Source of the DNA: Hydrolagus colliei | Lineage: Eukaryota | Length of the DNA: 64,000 nucleotides | NCBI GenBank assembly: GCA_035084275.1 | Contig: CM068742.1 | Span: 70,556,001-70,620,000 of the forward strand | Direction of reading: 5' to 3' | Shown here: positions 37,529 through 50,682 of the stretch, piece by piece | How positions within the stretch are numbered: position 1 is the first letter of the stretch | Layout: each line of letters begins with the position of its first letter | The notes under the pieces: model-generated | What the model was told of the DNA's origin: nothing | Databases searched by the model: none | The model's input: the letters and a program-made list of their open reading frames with translations, nothing else | Position numbers and translations under genes: made by a program

Positions 37529-38681
37529 CTTTCTTTCCCATGGAATACTTCCCAGCTTCAGTCTGCTGCCCTGGGGGTATCTGCTGGTGAAAGGGTGCAA
37601 AAGTGGGAGAAGAGGGCGATCTTGTTACAGTAGAACATCAATGCCCTTTGATGTGGACAACCATCAACAGGGGCTGGGCATTGTCCTGACATTATTCCCA
37701 TTTGATTTTACCTGCCACTCAGCAAACCACAGCTTCACTCACGCTCAGTGCACCTCCAAACTTACATTCATCCTTCATTGCGACCTGTTAGTTAATGTGC
37801 AACCGCAATTGCTGCCCGATACAGCACTAAAAGAGCCTATAATATAGACAAAAACACCCAAGAATCCATGCAACAATGATTATTATTATAACTAAGATGG
37901 AGATATTAGAGGGATGAGTGTAAGTTTGAGCAGAGCTGCATGAGTGAAAAAATTACTTGTTCATAGGCTTGTGAATTTTTAAAAAACTGAAATTCTTGAG
38001 ATTTGTTCAAAAGAATTTCATAGAAAGTGTCGAGACAACTGAAGTCCTGCATTAAAACCAGATGTTGACTTTCACATTCAGATCAAATTAGGAAACCTGA
38101 GTGACAGCGTGTGCTCGTCTCCCAGCACACTATGCCCTAGATTGGTGAGGGTGGCTTCACACACACCTTGTATTTTCAATGAGAACTCCTTCAGCTCAGC
38201 CAAGCCCTGATGAAAGCAAAGGGCAAAGCAAGCTACTTTGTGCCATTCATACGGTTCTCTTATTTGCAAAATTCCTTTCAAGTGCTTTGGAAACAAATAT
38301 GCAACCACCATAGTTTTATATAGGAAAACAGGAACAAGATAAGGCCTGAAATTCAGTCCTTTGAGCCTATTCTACCAACTGGTCTTTGAGAATCATATTG
38401 TCTTGTTTAAATACAGGCATGTGACATTCCAGCATTGTGGACATTAGCAGTGTTTGCGGTCTCCTATTCCAGAATTGTCCGAGATTTCTACTGAAATAAT
38501 GACGGCTGTGAATCGCTGAAAGGTGGAATGTTAATGTAACAATATACATACACATCTCAAGTACATGCCTTTGCATATGAGCTTAGCACCATACCAGACT
38601 TTTCAAAATACAAGTCTTTTAAGTCACACATGGATAGGTTTGTGGGTGTATTTTTTGGAGTGTGATATCCTTTCTTTGCAG

Positions 38682-38801
38682 AGACGTCCTCATGTTCTCA
38701 GGCCTGGTGTCAGTACAGCTGCCAGCAGCTGGTGAATGGAAGAGCTCGCTGCCTGTGTCCCAGAGGTCTCCAGCTGGCTTCAGATGACAGAACGTGTGAA
38801 G
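38682..38801 (+). CDS. NPNT/EGFL6-like gene, exon 5 (EGF3)
   Basis: tttgcag|...gaag|gtgagc; 120 nt, phase 1-1. KTSSCSQAWCQYSCQQLVNGRARCLCPRGLQLASDDRTCE resembles NPNT CSMANCQYGC...CQCPSPGLQLAPDGRTCV. Confidence 0.93.
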
Positions 38802-39649
38802 GTGAGCCTTAGGCTAGTCTGTCAGCGCAGTCAAGCCTAGTCAACTTCATCAAAACAACTCCACATTCAGGAATCATTGCTGATTAGATTCACTAACAGG
38901 AAATTTTATTCCTCATAATCTGCTTTTACACTATAAACGTGTCTCCAAAGGCAACTCCATGGGCAAAACCTTAACAAAATTCCCTTACTCCACATGCCTG
39001 TTTACCTAGCCGTAAATTGGGAATCGTTTGGCTGATCGCTTTTGGGAATAATAATTGCTTCAAAAATATTCATAATAATAATTTGGTCACTCAGTCCACG
39101 TTTGTGAGGCACTGCTGTGTGCAATTGACTTCCCCCATTTCACCCACACACAAAAATATACAGTCAATTCACTTTACAGTATATTCTGTGAAGCGCTTTG
39201 AGAAATGTTAAGGTGCTATATCAAATGGAAGGATTATTATTATATTCTAAAATAGCCAGTTTCACCAAATTTAGATCTTTCAAGGTCCCAGACTGCGCCT
39301 CATCTTGTGTTCCCTCCGCACACAGCAGCTCCAACTGGGGTGTGAACAATTGCAGAGGCTGAGCGAGTTGATCTGGTGATGTTCCTCGTTTGCCACAGGC
39401 AGCTTTCAGGAATACCAGCTCCTCTTTTGCTCTAGATTTTGGGATCCCAGAACTGAAACGTACAAATGATACTGTACAACCCAGTTATTGCATACCCCAA
39501 TATACCAAACTAATATCCTTGGTGAGTAAGGATGCGGAGATATATACAAGAAGGACAAAGAAATAAAATTAAACAATGTTCTGTACACTTAATCGCAAAG
39601 CTTGGATGCACACTCCATGTCACTGAGCCAGTCCGGAACCCTGGCGTGC

Positions 39650-40275
39650 CATGACCTGCTCTGCCACTCCCCTCAGGCCATTGAAACCCTCATCCACACA
39701 TTTATCACATCTAGGCACGACCATGCCAACTCCCTGCTCGTCAGCATTTCCAACACTTCCCTCCACAAGCTGCAGATCATCCAGAACTCTGCAGCTCATG
39801 TCCTCTCCCACACCAGGCTCCATGAGCCTATAACTCCCACCCTCACCCATCTCCACTGGCTCCCCATCTTCACTGGCTCTCCATCCCCTAGAGGATAGTT
39901 CAAAATCCTTGTCCTCACCATCAAGGACCTCCATAGCCTTGCTCCTTCTTACCTCTGTGGTCTGCTAATCCCATATTAACTTGTCCGCTACCTCTACTCA
40001 GCAAGCTTCAGCCGGCTTCACGTACCCTACCCGGCCCGCCACACCATTAGCAAACAGACCATCAGTTTCTCTTTCCCCACCCATTGGAACTCCACTCCAC
40101 AGCCCCTTTGCCTCACTCAATCCATTGCCTAATTCAAGGCACGAATCAAGACCCACGTCTTTGACCATGCCTTCGGCCACCTTCCTATCGTTCACCCACC
40201 ATGTTCCCAAATCCGGCCCAAATCCAAAACCCTGACTTCTCAACACCTTAGGACACCTCCTTCCAATGTAAAATT
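39650..40275 (+). mobile_element. L2 LINE fragment
   Basis: ETLIHTFITSRHDHANSLL..LHWLP. Confidence 0.8.
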
Positions 40276-40350
40276 TCATTTGTATAGGATAATAATCTCT
40301 GCTTGTTCCTATGTTCAGCTCTTTCATTATTGCTTGCTTTTGTCTTTTAG

Positions 40351-40485
40351 ATATAAACGAATGTCAAAAAGGGATGGTTACATGCCCCCAAAGCAAAATA
40401 TGCAAAAATACTTTTGGAAGCTATTTGTGTGTCTGCATGGATGGCTTTGTAATTGGAAATGAAGATGAGAATATCAAATGTAGAG
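40351..40485 (+). CDS. NPNT/EGFL6-like gene, exon 6 (calcium-binding EGF4)
   Basis: cttttag|...agag|gtacaa; 135 nt, phase 1-1. DINECQKGMVTCPQSKICKNTFGSYLCVCMDGFVIGNEDENIKCR. Confidence 0.93.
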
Positions 40486-41351
40486 GTACAACAACAATAA
40501 CTTGAATTTACACAGCACATTTCACATCCAGTACCACATCATAACACTTCACAGAGTTTGCGTCAGACATCAAGCAAGAATGGTGGGGCAGGAAGGAAGA
40601 GGGAGATGACTGTAGTTCAAAGGGGTGGGTATTTAGGAGGATTTTAAGGGCAGATACAGAGGTGGGGAGGCAGAAGGAATTAAGGAGTGGTTAGAGATAT
40701 AAATTGTTGGGTTCAATACAATAAAAATTGGGACTTGTAATTCTCTGTACTGTGATCTGTTATCTGTAGCCTGTGACCTGTACTTTATGACCTGTAATCT
40801 ATGACCTGTCGAGCTCATTTACTTTTCTTAATTCAACCATGGATTGCGAAATGACACTGTAACATCACAACACAGTCACTAATAAGTTTTATATATTTCC
40901 CCAAATCCATACCACACAAGTCACTCTCTGCACATGCTGTTATGGACTCACCTTGAGCAGTCATGAGCTCTAAGGCACCTTGAACTCCAATAATAATCTT
41001 CTGTATAAAAATATTTTCTTTAACCTTCTGCTTTTATCTTGTAATGATCATCCTCAATTTGCATCTTCTTGTTAATGACTCACCAAACAGTGGTCTGTGG
41101 TCTCTCTTTATTAAAGCCATTCCCGAGTTTGAAAAGCTGTACCTTAACATCCCCTCGCACGCTAACACTATCGTTCCATGTGACTGGTCATCACATATCC
41201 TCTGTTTGCCTCTACTGGATACATATCTCACCTCACGTGAAGCCAAGATTAAAAAAAAGTGCCTTAGGATCCATTGGAACAAGAAGTGCTGAGATGTCTG
41301 TTTTGAGTTTAAAATCTGTGCTGCTCATTTTTTGCCTGATTTGCTTTCCAG

Positions 41352-41557
41352 ATAAAGACGAGTGCCTCCTGGGAGATCACGGCTGTAGCAGACATGGTCT
41401 CTGCATCAACACATATGGCTCATATACTTGCAGGTGCCAAGAAAACTTCAGAGGAGATGGATTTGTCTGTAAGGACCAGCAAATGCCCCACAAGTTGCGA
41501 GCATCTCTTTTTCACTACAGGATGTTAAAAAGAAAAAAGATTTCGCGCGATCCATAA
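41352..41557 (+). CDS. NPNT/EGFL6-like gene, terminal coding exon (cbEGF5 with RGD plus basic tail, stop TAA)
   Basis: tttccag| then DKDECLLGDHGCSRHGLCINTYGSYTCRCQENFRGDGFVCKDQQMPHKLRASLFHYRMLKRKKISRDP*. Confidence 0.88.
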
Positions 41558-43514
41558 AACGTCAGTTTGAAGTCAAGTTGGAAGAGAAATGTAAAACAAA
41601 TCAAACGAAAAATGTAAATAGTGACAGAAGAATGCACGTCACAAAATCGCTAAAAGAGGTTAAGAGCACAGTGCATATCACACCAAAATATGCAAATCAA
41701 AATGGGTATACTCGGTGTAAGAATACATTGGTTTCCAAGAAAAAACAGCGCAAATTAGAACAAACCTACTGTATGGGTTACACATGTGTTACATTCCTGC
41801 GCTGATTTGTACAGCTACATGCAGCAGCCCCATTTCTGGACATTGTGAAAACACTCGAGATCGAGATTAGATTGAGATTTACTGTTTGAGAAATACGATG
41901 TATTTGATGGCATACATTATGTTGAAATGCATTCATCTCAAAGAATATACAGGCTTGATGTGGAATGGCGTTCTTCTGTGCAAGAAACGCTTATGTTTCC
42001 ATCTTTGTTATGAAAATGACACACAGGTTCCTTCTCTTCCCAAAGCAAGAAAAGTTAAGACGACATTTTGTTCACTTTAGCTTCTCTCACCAACCTGCAC
42101 CTAATACTCTTCGGAATTAAATAAGAAGAGTGCGTCTCTCTAGGGAGAGTGTGCAATCCACTCCAGACGCAAGGAGATTTTCTGGGAAAGGTGGTACACT
42201 TATGTTGAACTCTCAGTCTGGTTTGCCTACTCTTAAGCACGGTGATGGGTTTCTGCATGTGTCAGACATCCCTCTGACCAAAGATAAATTCATTTTTAGT
42301 CTCCAGTAATTTCCCAACACACCCTTTCTTGTCTTTTTCTGTTTAATCGATGCTGCCATAATTAATGCTTATTTGAATTTTCTATTCCAAGCTGCAGTTA
42401 TGCTGTCGCACAATATACTTTCTCTTGCATTGAATCCATGATTTCTCATACCAGGGCCTAATTTGTGCTATTCCCATACTTTATGGAAACAGTAAGTGTA
42501 GATCTTGTTTCGCTGTCCAATCTGCAACATTCATGAAGCAGATCATTGCAGTTTCTGAAAAGTAAAGTAAGGCTGCAGAGTAAAAAAGCTATCATTCCAT
42601 TTTCATCTTTGGCCTTTTCTTTACTCTGCAGTTAGTACATTTAATAATAAAATAATAATCCCTGCATTTGATATAGTGCCTCATCAGGTCACTGAGAGAG
42701 ACTTCTCCAAATGCTTCATAGGATATACTGTAAAGGTGCAGTGACTGTGTATTTTCTGGGCCAATGCGGCAGCCAGTTGTGTCCCATAATCAGCCATGGA
42801 GTAACTGACTTATTTCTGGTTCATATCTAGTCACTGCCTGGTGGGCAGGGGGAGAGAGTGGGTTGGGGGTCACACTGAGCTGTTGGCAAATAGTGTTATT
42901 CTTGAATATTGCAAAATAAGACACGGGGAGTGGGGGTTGGGGGGGGATCAAGGGTTGCAATTATCATTTCCTGTCCCTTTTTTAGAATATCGCAAATTAG
43001 ACTCCCCTATCTCTTAAGTATAATCCTTGTCTTTGATCTAGGTCTGATCAGACCTTCAACATCAACAACAACAACAAAATTACATTTATAGAGCGCCTTT
43101 CACATCGGGGGACGTCAAAACACCTTAAAGCACTTCACAGGATTTACTTTGTGTATTTTTTGTAGCTGGACATATAGGTGGAAGTCATTCATCCTTTTCC
43201 GGGACTTCAACGCGGTATAACCTCTTACCCTCCCCTCGTGTTACTATTTTCCCAAAACAATGCAGGACTTAAAAATTAATGGCAGACAGTACTACCGATG
43301 GCAGGCCATGCGGTTTTAGCTGTCTAGACTCCCAGCAGTACTCCAACTCACACTGTAGGCCCCCAAGCCTTGGCTCTTGCCAACCTGCATCTAATATTTT
43401 CTGGAATTAGGTAAGCAGATTAAGTAAAGGGACATTTTCCAGCAAGAGTATGCATTCCATTCCAACAATCTATCACTGGGATTTTCATGGTGGGTGGGAT
43501 GTAAGAAACTTTAT

Positions 43515-44562
43515 ACTGAGAGTAAAGAAAGCAGGAAGCAGTGAAGGTATATTACAATGGATACACAATTGGTTGACCACAAGAACCCAGAGGGTGGAGG
43601 TGCAGGGAATGTCATCAGATGGGAAAATGTTACTAGTAGAGTTCCACATGGATCGGTTTTGGGATCTCTTTTGTTTAATATTTTTATAAATGATCTAGAA
43701 CTAGGAGTCGCAAACACAGTGGCTAAGTTTGTGGATGACAAGAGCTAATGAAGGTGGGAGACTGCAAAGATGAACAAGGTAGATTACAGAAGGAGTTGAA
43801 CATATTTGGCAATTGGGCAGATCGGTGGTGGATGAAATTAGATGTGGAGACACGTAAAGTACTGCAAATGGGGACAAAAATTCTGGAAGGGACTGTTATT
43901 TGAACAGAAAGAAAATAATTTGTATGGAAAATGAAAAGGAACTGGGGGTCCTTGTTGACAATAAATTGAAGCTCTCCCAATTGCACTTTGTGGCAGTGAG
44001 TGAAGCAAAGCAGATGTTTGGGATGTATCAAAAGATCAATAGCAAGCCAAAATACTGGGGTAATCCTGCCACTGTATAAATCATTGCTGAGACTTTACTT
44101 AAGCATACTGTGTACAGTTCTGGTCACTGCAGTACAAAAAGCATATTGGAAAAATCGAGAAGATACAGAGGAGGGCAAACAAAATAATTGAGGAAATAGA
44201 AGAACTGGACTATGAGGAGCGACAGAGGCAACTGGGCCTGTTCACGCTGGATGACATGATTGCTGTCTTTAAGATTCTAAAGGGGCAAGACAATACAGAT
44301 CATGACAGGCTGTTTCAACTTGTCCAGAATAATAAAACCAGAGGATACGATCTGGGATTGAAGTGGGGTTAAATTCAGAACAAATCTACTCAAACACTAT
44401 TTCGTAAGGATAGATCTTGATAATTTTTAGGGAGAACAGGTCTGTTAGGTTATGGGGAGAGAGCTGGGCAGTGGGATTGAGTTGCTCTTTTCAAAGAGCC
44501 GGCACAGACTAGATGGGCCAAATGGCCTCCTTTTGTGCCGTAAAATTCTATGATTCTATGAT
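43515..44562 (+). mobile_element. CR1 LINE RT-to-3' fragment
   Basis: [24 protein letters not shown]; LPLYKSL; ends attctatgattctatgatt. Confidence 0.85.
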
Positions 44563-45013
44563 TGTACGATTTTGCATCTAGCATTTCTTATGTTCTTATG
44601 TTTGGTTCTCTTAAGAATGGTGAAGGGTTTCCACATTTGTCAGTTACTCAGCTGTCCAAAAAAAGCAAGCTTGGTATCAAATCATCACATATTAATACTG
44701 GGATATGTACGTCTATTTGGAAACCTCAGTGAGAGGTGTATACAAATGTAACATGTTTTTTATTCTGTTACAGACATTGGTAAATACAATCGCCAATAAA
44801 CTTCTAAGTATGTACTGAAATGTAAATTAAATAAAAACTCTTTTATATATTTTTTAAAATCTGGGAATAAACTCCTGTGTCAAAAGAAAGCACTGAACAT
44901 AAAATGGATTAGGCCAATGTTAACGTAAAAGAAAACTCTGAAAGAGGTTTGAAAAAAAAAAAATCCTCCTTGTATCTGTTAATATTTTCTCTCTGAAGAG
45001 TGAATTCCACTGA

Positions 45014-45153
45014 CAATTCTGACGAAGGGTCGTGGAACAGAAACGTTGATTCACTTTTCATTTCTCCATAGATGCTGCCTGACCTGCTGAGTTTTCCCAG
45101 CAATTTCTGTTTTTGTTTCAGATTTCCAACATCTGTGGTATTTTGCGTTTTTG
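45014..45153 (+). repeat. Penelope-type short repeat carrying a degenerate minimal hammerhead motif
   Basis: ctgacga-agggtc..-gaaacgtt-gatt, then gatgctgcctgacctgctgag. Confidence 0.7.
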
Positions 45154-45419
45154 TTAATATGAGAGGTATGGAAACTTTAAAAATAAATTAAGTTGCTAGC
45201 TGAAATACACCTTTGGAATGGTTTGCATTAGCAAAATAAATAATACTATTTTCAGCAATCAGCATGGTTTTACACTTGATAATATCCATTTTATAAGCCT
45301 TAGCAAGAACCTGGACAAAAAGTTAATTTTTTTTAAATGAAACGTATTCATGTGGAAGAAACATTATCTGCACTAGCCCTGGGCCAGAGAGGCACATCTC
45401 CTGTTGTGTAATCACAGAA

Positions 45420-45675
45420 GGGCAAAACCTCGGGCAAGTTTCCTTACTCCACATGCATAATAATAATCCCTCCAAAAAAAACTATAAAAAATTGGTCATT
45501 TCAATCCACAACTGTTTGTGGGACACTGCTGTGCGCAATTGGCTGCTGCGTTTTGCCCACACAAATAGAATCAATTCACTTTACAGTATATTCTGTGAAG
45601 CGCTTTGAGACGTCTAGAAGATGTGAAAAGTGTGAAATCAAATGCAAGGATAATTATTATTATTTATTATTATTA
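45420..45675 (+). mobile_element. SINE, headless short form
   Basis: Core and tail near consensus. Confidence 0.85.
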
Positions 45676-47819
45676 TAACAACAGCCAAAGCCAAGCTGCT
45701 TCACCCACAGGGAATATCTGATTGGGGCCCAAAGAAGAAAAATGGGAGGAGGAGAAACTGAACACAGCAAATGTTACATTTATTCCAGTCTAGTCTTGAG
45801 GTTGAAGTCTTTTGAGTGAATTCAACCAAAACCACAACAGCTGCTTATTGAGGAAAGCAGATCCTTTTTATTCTCCTCATAAAAATTACACTGCAATGTT
45901 CAATCTGAGTGTGAAATATTTGAGAGGATTGATTGTTGAAGCATTTCGGGAAGACAGACTGGTGTGGCATTGACTGGAATATTTTGAACTTCAGATTTGA
46001 TTAATCACTCATTGTAATCAGTTTCTAATGTGCTGCGGGGGGAGGGAGGGGAATGATTATTATTTCTGGTGGTGCTATACAGTGCGCTATATAAATGTAA
46101 TTGAGATGCCATCCGGCGTGGAGGGCACTATATAAATCAAAGTTGTTGTTGTTGTTGTTGTTGTTGTAATTTGTTGCTGTTGTTATTGAGATCTGACAGA
46201 GCAAAATTTCAAATGAGAACAATGGCAGCCAATATGACGGTCGCACAGCTTGGTTCAATGGGACTGTAGGATTTCATAAGAAATTCCATTCAAATAAGGC
46301 TCAATACATCTCTGCTTCAATCAAGTGGTTCATCTTACCCCATCCCCTGTCGTTGCCCCCCTCCCTCCCCCCGAAAAAATCGCACTATCCTCCTTAGAGG
46401 ATTACTGTGTGTTCAATTGCTAGGTACTGGTTTTCATTTCCACTTCTGTTATTTCCAATGGCAGTCATTCGGTTCAGACGTAGCAACTTATACGTAAGAG
46501 CAAACGTTTGGAGACCTCAGAGTGTGTGTTGGGGTACTACTGGAATCTAACCAAGTAAACCATATAAAATCTTCCTCGGAGTTCTGTCTCTGCATACAAG
46601 TACCTCTCATTCATCCATCCCCTCCCTCATCTGACAAGATATTGGCAGCTACAAAAAATGAGGATGATCCCAATTCACTGAAGCTGTGCAAGGCTTTATG
46701 GAATTTCCCTCCAGTGACCGGTAACTTTGAGTTGTACTTGACAGGCAAAGCATGTGCTTGCAGAGTCAGTGGATTCAGAGTCAGAGTTAATTTGGATTCA
46801 GGCAGCAATTAATGAGCACGATGGAGGTTCTGCGATGGAAAAGGGATTTCAATCGCTGAAATCCATGCAGGAAACTGAATTGTGTTACAGCCCTAATAAC
46901 TTGAATCATTCCCCTCCCCACTCCCATATCACAGCACATTAGAAACTCATTACAGTACAATGAGTGGTTATCAGATCCAAAGTTAAAAATATTCAAGTCA
47001 ATGCCACAATTAAGTAGACTGTAGACTCAATACAGCAATTTATGGACAACTTAAAAGTATCATATTTTTCCAGATCAAGTGTTCCCAAGATAGTCAGTCC
47101 ATTTGCTCTGGTTCACATTATATTCCCCTTACAGCTGGTGGTGACGGTATGTAATGTAATCTTCTGAGTCATTAGTACAAGGAAAGAAATGTGCAAAAAA
47201 AAAAGAAGGGATTTCAAAGCATTTTCCCCACATGAGCACTGAAAACCTGGCACACAAACCCATTCTGTGACATCTTGTCATCGCACGGGGAGAACCCAGC
47301 CAGAAATTATAAAAGAATTGGAATGTTGTACGCAAAGCTTCTTTCAAGCTATACTCTAGGGGAGGGGGGCGGGGGGGGAAAACTTCCCAAATAAAAGTGA
47401 AAGGGGTAGACAATCCATTGTTTTCCTATGAATTTGATATCACGTAATATAATGCTACAGGTAAATCTAGTGGACAAGCATTAGGAGTTTATTCTAAATA
47501 ATACGTGTGTGTGTGTGCATTAAAAAAATCTATCAAAAGCACAGCCTCTCTTCTGTTGCATCTGTTATGTGAGATTGAACAAAGGACATCACTTGGGGAG
47601 TTCAGTGGCTCCAGCTGCTGTATGAATGGTGTGAACACTGGTGTCTACCAATTCCCACTCTAATGTGATGAACACCATATAATAACACCCTAATTGATTA
47701 ATTAGGGCATGAAACAATGCACTGAACAAACCTAAACACCAGCAATCACCACTTGCTAGAATACTTCCAACTGACAAAGCTTTGGGGATTGTAGATGAGC
47801 TTATAGTTTTGTATGCTTG

Positions 47820-48402
47820 CCAAATTCTCTCTTTTCTACCTTCTCCCTGCCTCCTCGTCCTCTTCGACCTATCCGCTGCCTTCAACACCGTGGACCACAC
47901 AGTCCTCCTCCACCGCCTCTCCTCCCACCTCAACCTTCAAGGTTCTGTCCTCCACTGGTTCCGGTCATACCTCTCACACACCCTCCACTTTGTGTCCTCC
48001 AACAGTTTTTCCTCCAGCCCTCACATTGTCTCGTGCGGAGTTCCTCAGGGCTCTGTCCTTAATCCCCTCCTCTTCACACTCTACATGCTCCCCTTGGTGA
48101 CATCATCCACAGACATGGGGTAAATTTCCTGGCACTAGAATTGCTGATGACACCGAACTCTACCTTTCCGCTTCCACCCTCAACTCCAGGACTACCAGTG
48201 TCCTGACCGCCTGCCTGTCTGACATTGAGTCCTGGACGAGAGTCAACTTTCTCCAGCTGAATGTCCGCAAGACAGGCCCTCCTGATTGACTCATGTCAGC
48301 GCTTCCGCACCTCAAACGCTGACAGCATCAACATCCAAGGCTGCATTCTACACCTCTCTAAGCTAGTTAGGAAACTGGGCGTCTTGTTCGACCCTGAACT
48401 GT
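47820..48402 (+). mobile_element. L2 LINE RT fragment
   Basis: DLSAAFNTVDH..GVPQGSVL. Confidence 0.88.
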
Positions 48403-48837
48403 GCCAGGCAGAGATTTAATAACTCAACACAAACTGGGGATTGACCATGCAACCTACTGGTCTATATCGCTTAATGCTTTACCAGAATATGTTTTAATAT
48501 AACTAAAAATATATTTAATGTCAGAGTTTGTTAGTGCATCAGCACTGTGTGTGATATTACGATGGGACACAAGCTCATATTTTCTATTTATTTGTACAAA
48601 CTCCTGACCTCAGGTGCTGGTTCCAATATCAAGCCAAGGCAACACAGAAAAGAATAGAGAAAACAAATCACTCCAATACAGCTCTAGGCTAGCTCAAAAA
48701 ATCCAGTGACATAGGATTGGAGCAGGTTATCTGCTCAACATTTTTCCAGGAATTATTTAAAAGGGAGATAGGAAATAAAATGATTGGGATGAGCTTAGGT
48801 ATAATGCCCTGTCCAGTCAAATGACAAGCTAATAATA

Positions 48838-50020
48838 CAGGTAAACTTCTGTTTAGGACAGGGTTGTGTTCCTGAAAAACGGTATCTAGATTGAAATGTC
48901 CTAAATCAAAATGTGATTTCTCATGCAGTCCCATTATATAACCAGAGATGCGTTCCTTTCACAAAATTTCCGGACCTTAAACCCACTAAATAACACACAA
49001 AACCACATAACACAACACACAAAACACACAAATTAACACACATAGGCAAGAAGGGGTACTTGGGGTAACTGTACGGTATTGTACTTTAATACTGGCAAAC
49101 TTTAATACAGTACACTACTGGCAAACTTTAATACGGGCAGTGTGACAGTGGCAATGGCACTTGCAGCTTCCCCACTCATCTTGATGTTGTGAAGCCCATA
49201 GCGTCTTTTAAACCTCCCTCTGCTAGCACTGAAAGATGGTGCCGTTGAGCCTTCTCCTTCCTGATCATTTAACTCCTAAATGATTTTGCCTTCTTTTGGA
49301 TAACCAGGGTGTTGAGTGGTATATTACGCTGGTTCTGATCCTCATTCCTGACACTCAGCATTCTTTCCATGTTTTCCATCACATCACTCCTATGTTTTGC
49401 TAATCTGCTTGCACCTGTGCTGTAACACACTTTGAACTTGCCTGTATATTGTCCTTATTCTGTTTTACAGTAGCCACTGTCAACCTAGCTAGCCCAAAAG
49501 CCCTCTCGATGTCCGTATCTTTTTCACCACAATCGATGCGCTTTATCACCTCTAATTTAGCATTTAAAGTGCTGGCTTTGCGTGGTTTCCGGCCGCTAGC
49601 GGTATTAGCTCTGCTTATTGCACTTACTATAAACTTGCTATAATCGTGGTAGAGGCTGTAAATCGCTCAAAGTTGCTCAGGAATGTTTGGAAATTACTGT
49701 AATACTTACGTGAAGTGGTGTCGCTTCAAAATCAGCTGGCTTTTAAACAATGACGTGGCGACATGCTATTGGCCAGTTCAAACGCTTGGATATCAGGTGC
49801 GAGCGTGATTTACCCGCGAATACACTATGGACTGTGCATATGGACAAAAACCGTGAAATGCGACTGCGATATTCAAAATATGTACTGCGCATGCGGAAAC
49901 AAAAAATTTGTTCATTAAAACAAATCCAAGTGTCCTTTATCAATCAAAAGGTGTTAAAAAAATTATGGCCCTTCAATCGAAATGTCCTAAATAGAAGCAT
50001 CGTAAATAGAGGCTTACCTG
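48838..50020 (-). mobile_element. Tigger/pogo DNA transposon, internally deleted
   Basis: TA-flanked TIRs caggtaaacttctgttt / aaatagaggcttacctg. The - strand (~49150-49600) encodes a CENP-B-type HTH remnant: KLEVIKRIDCGEKDTDIERAFGL..FSASRGRFKRRYGLHNIKMSGEAASA. Confidence 0.9.
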
Positions 50021-50026
50021 TACTCA

Positions 50027-50270
50027 GGAGTTCCTGTAGCTTAGTGGTAGAGGACTTGCCTCGCAAGTGAAAGGAGGTGGGTTTGATTCCTGGGCAGGGC
50101 AAAATGTCTGGTAAGTCCTCTTACTCCACACATCTCTGTTTATCTAGTAACAAGTAGGAACCCGGTTGTGAAGAAAAATGTTGTAACTTAATCTTTACAG
50201 TATATTCTGTGAATATACATCTCAAAAGGATGTGATAAGGCTATATCAAATGCAAATATTATTATTATTA
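50027..50270 (+). mobile_element. tRNA-derived SINE (long form, core deleted)
   Basis: Head plus central module plus tail, directly after the Tigger TIR. Confidence 0.75.
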
Positions 50271-50414
50271 CTCAGTCAAGGCTTACATGTGAATAATTGC
50301 CACTTGGGCAAGATACTATTTGGCATGTGTGGACCATATCATAGTGCAACAAAAAAAGAATTCCAGCCCATTTGGAAAGAAAAATCGTGGTGGTTGTAGG
50401 ATCTTAATTTTATC

Positions 50415-50682
50415 CTCTCTGCCACACTCTGGAACTGCATCCCACAGTCCCTTTGCCTCACTTCCTCCCTTGCCTCAGTTAAGGCCGGTCTCAAGAACCC
50501 CTATTTGATTTCTGCTGCCCTCCTAACCCTCTCCCTCCTCTTCCAACTCTCTCTCCCCTCACCATTACCCTGCCCCTCCTCCTTGCTCGGGTCCTGTCCT
50601 GACTGTTAGTGCCTTGGGATGTCCTCCTAATGTGAAAGATGCTCCATAAATGTAATTTTGTTATTGTTTTGTTTGTTGTTGT
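50415..50682 (+). mobile_element. L2 LINE 3' end
   Basis: cacactctggaac.. gccttgggatgtcctcc..gtgaaag.. and TTG tail. Confidence 0.7.

Noticed and set aside
40745-40810. Short imperfect tandem repeat (tgacctgt units)
   Set aside because: Local slippage repeat in an intron; no evidence of function.
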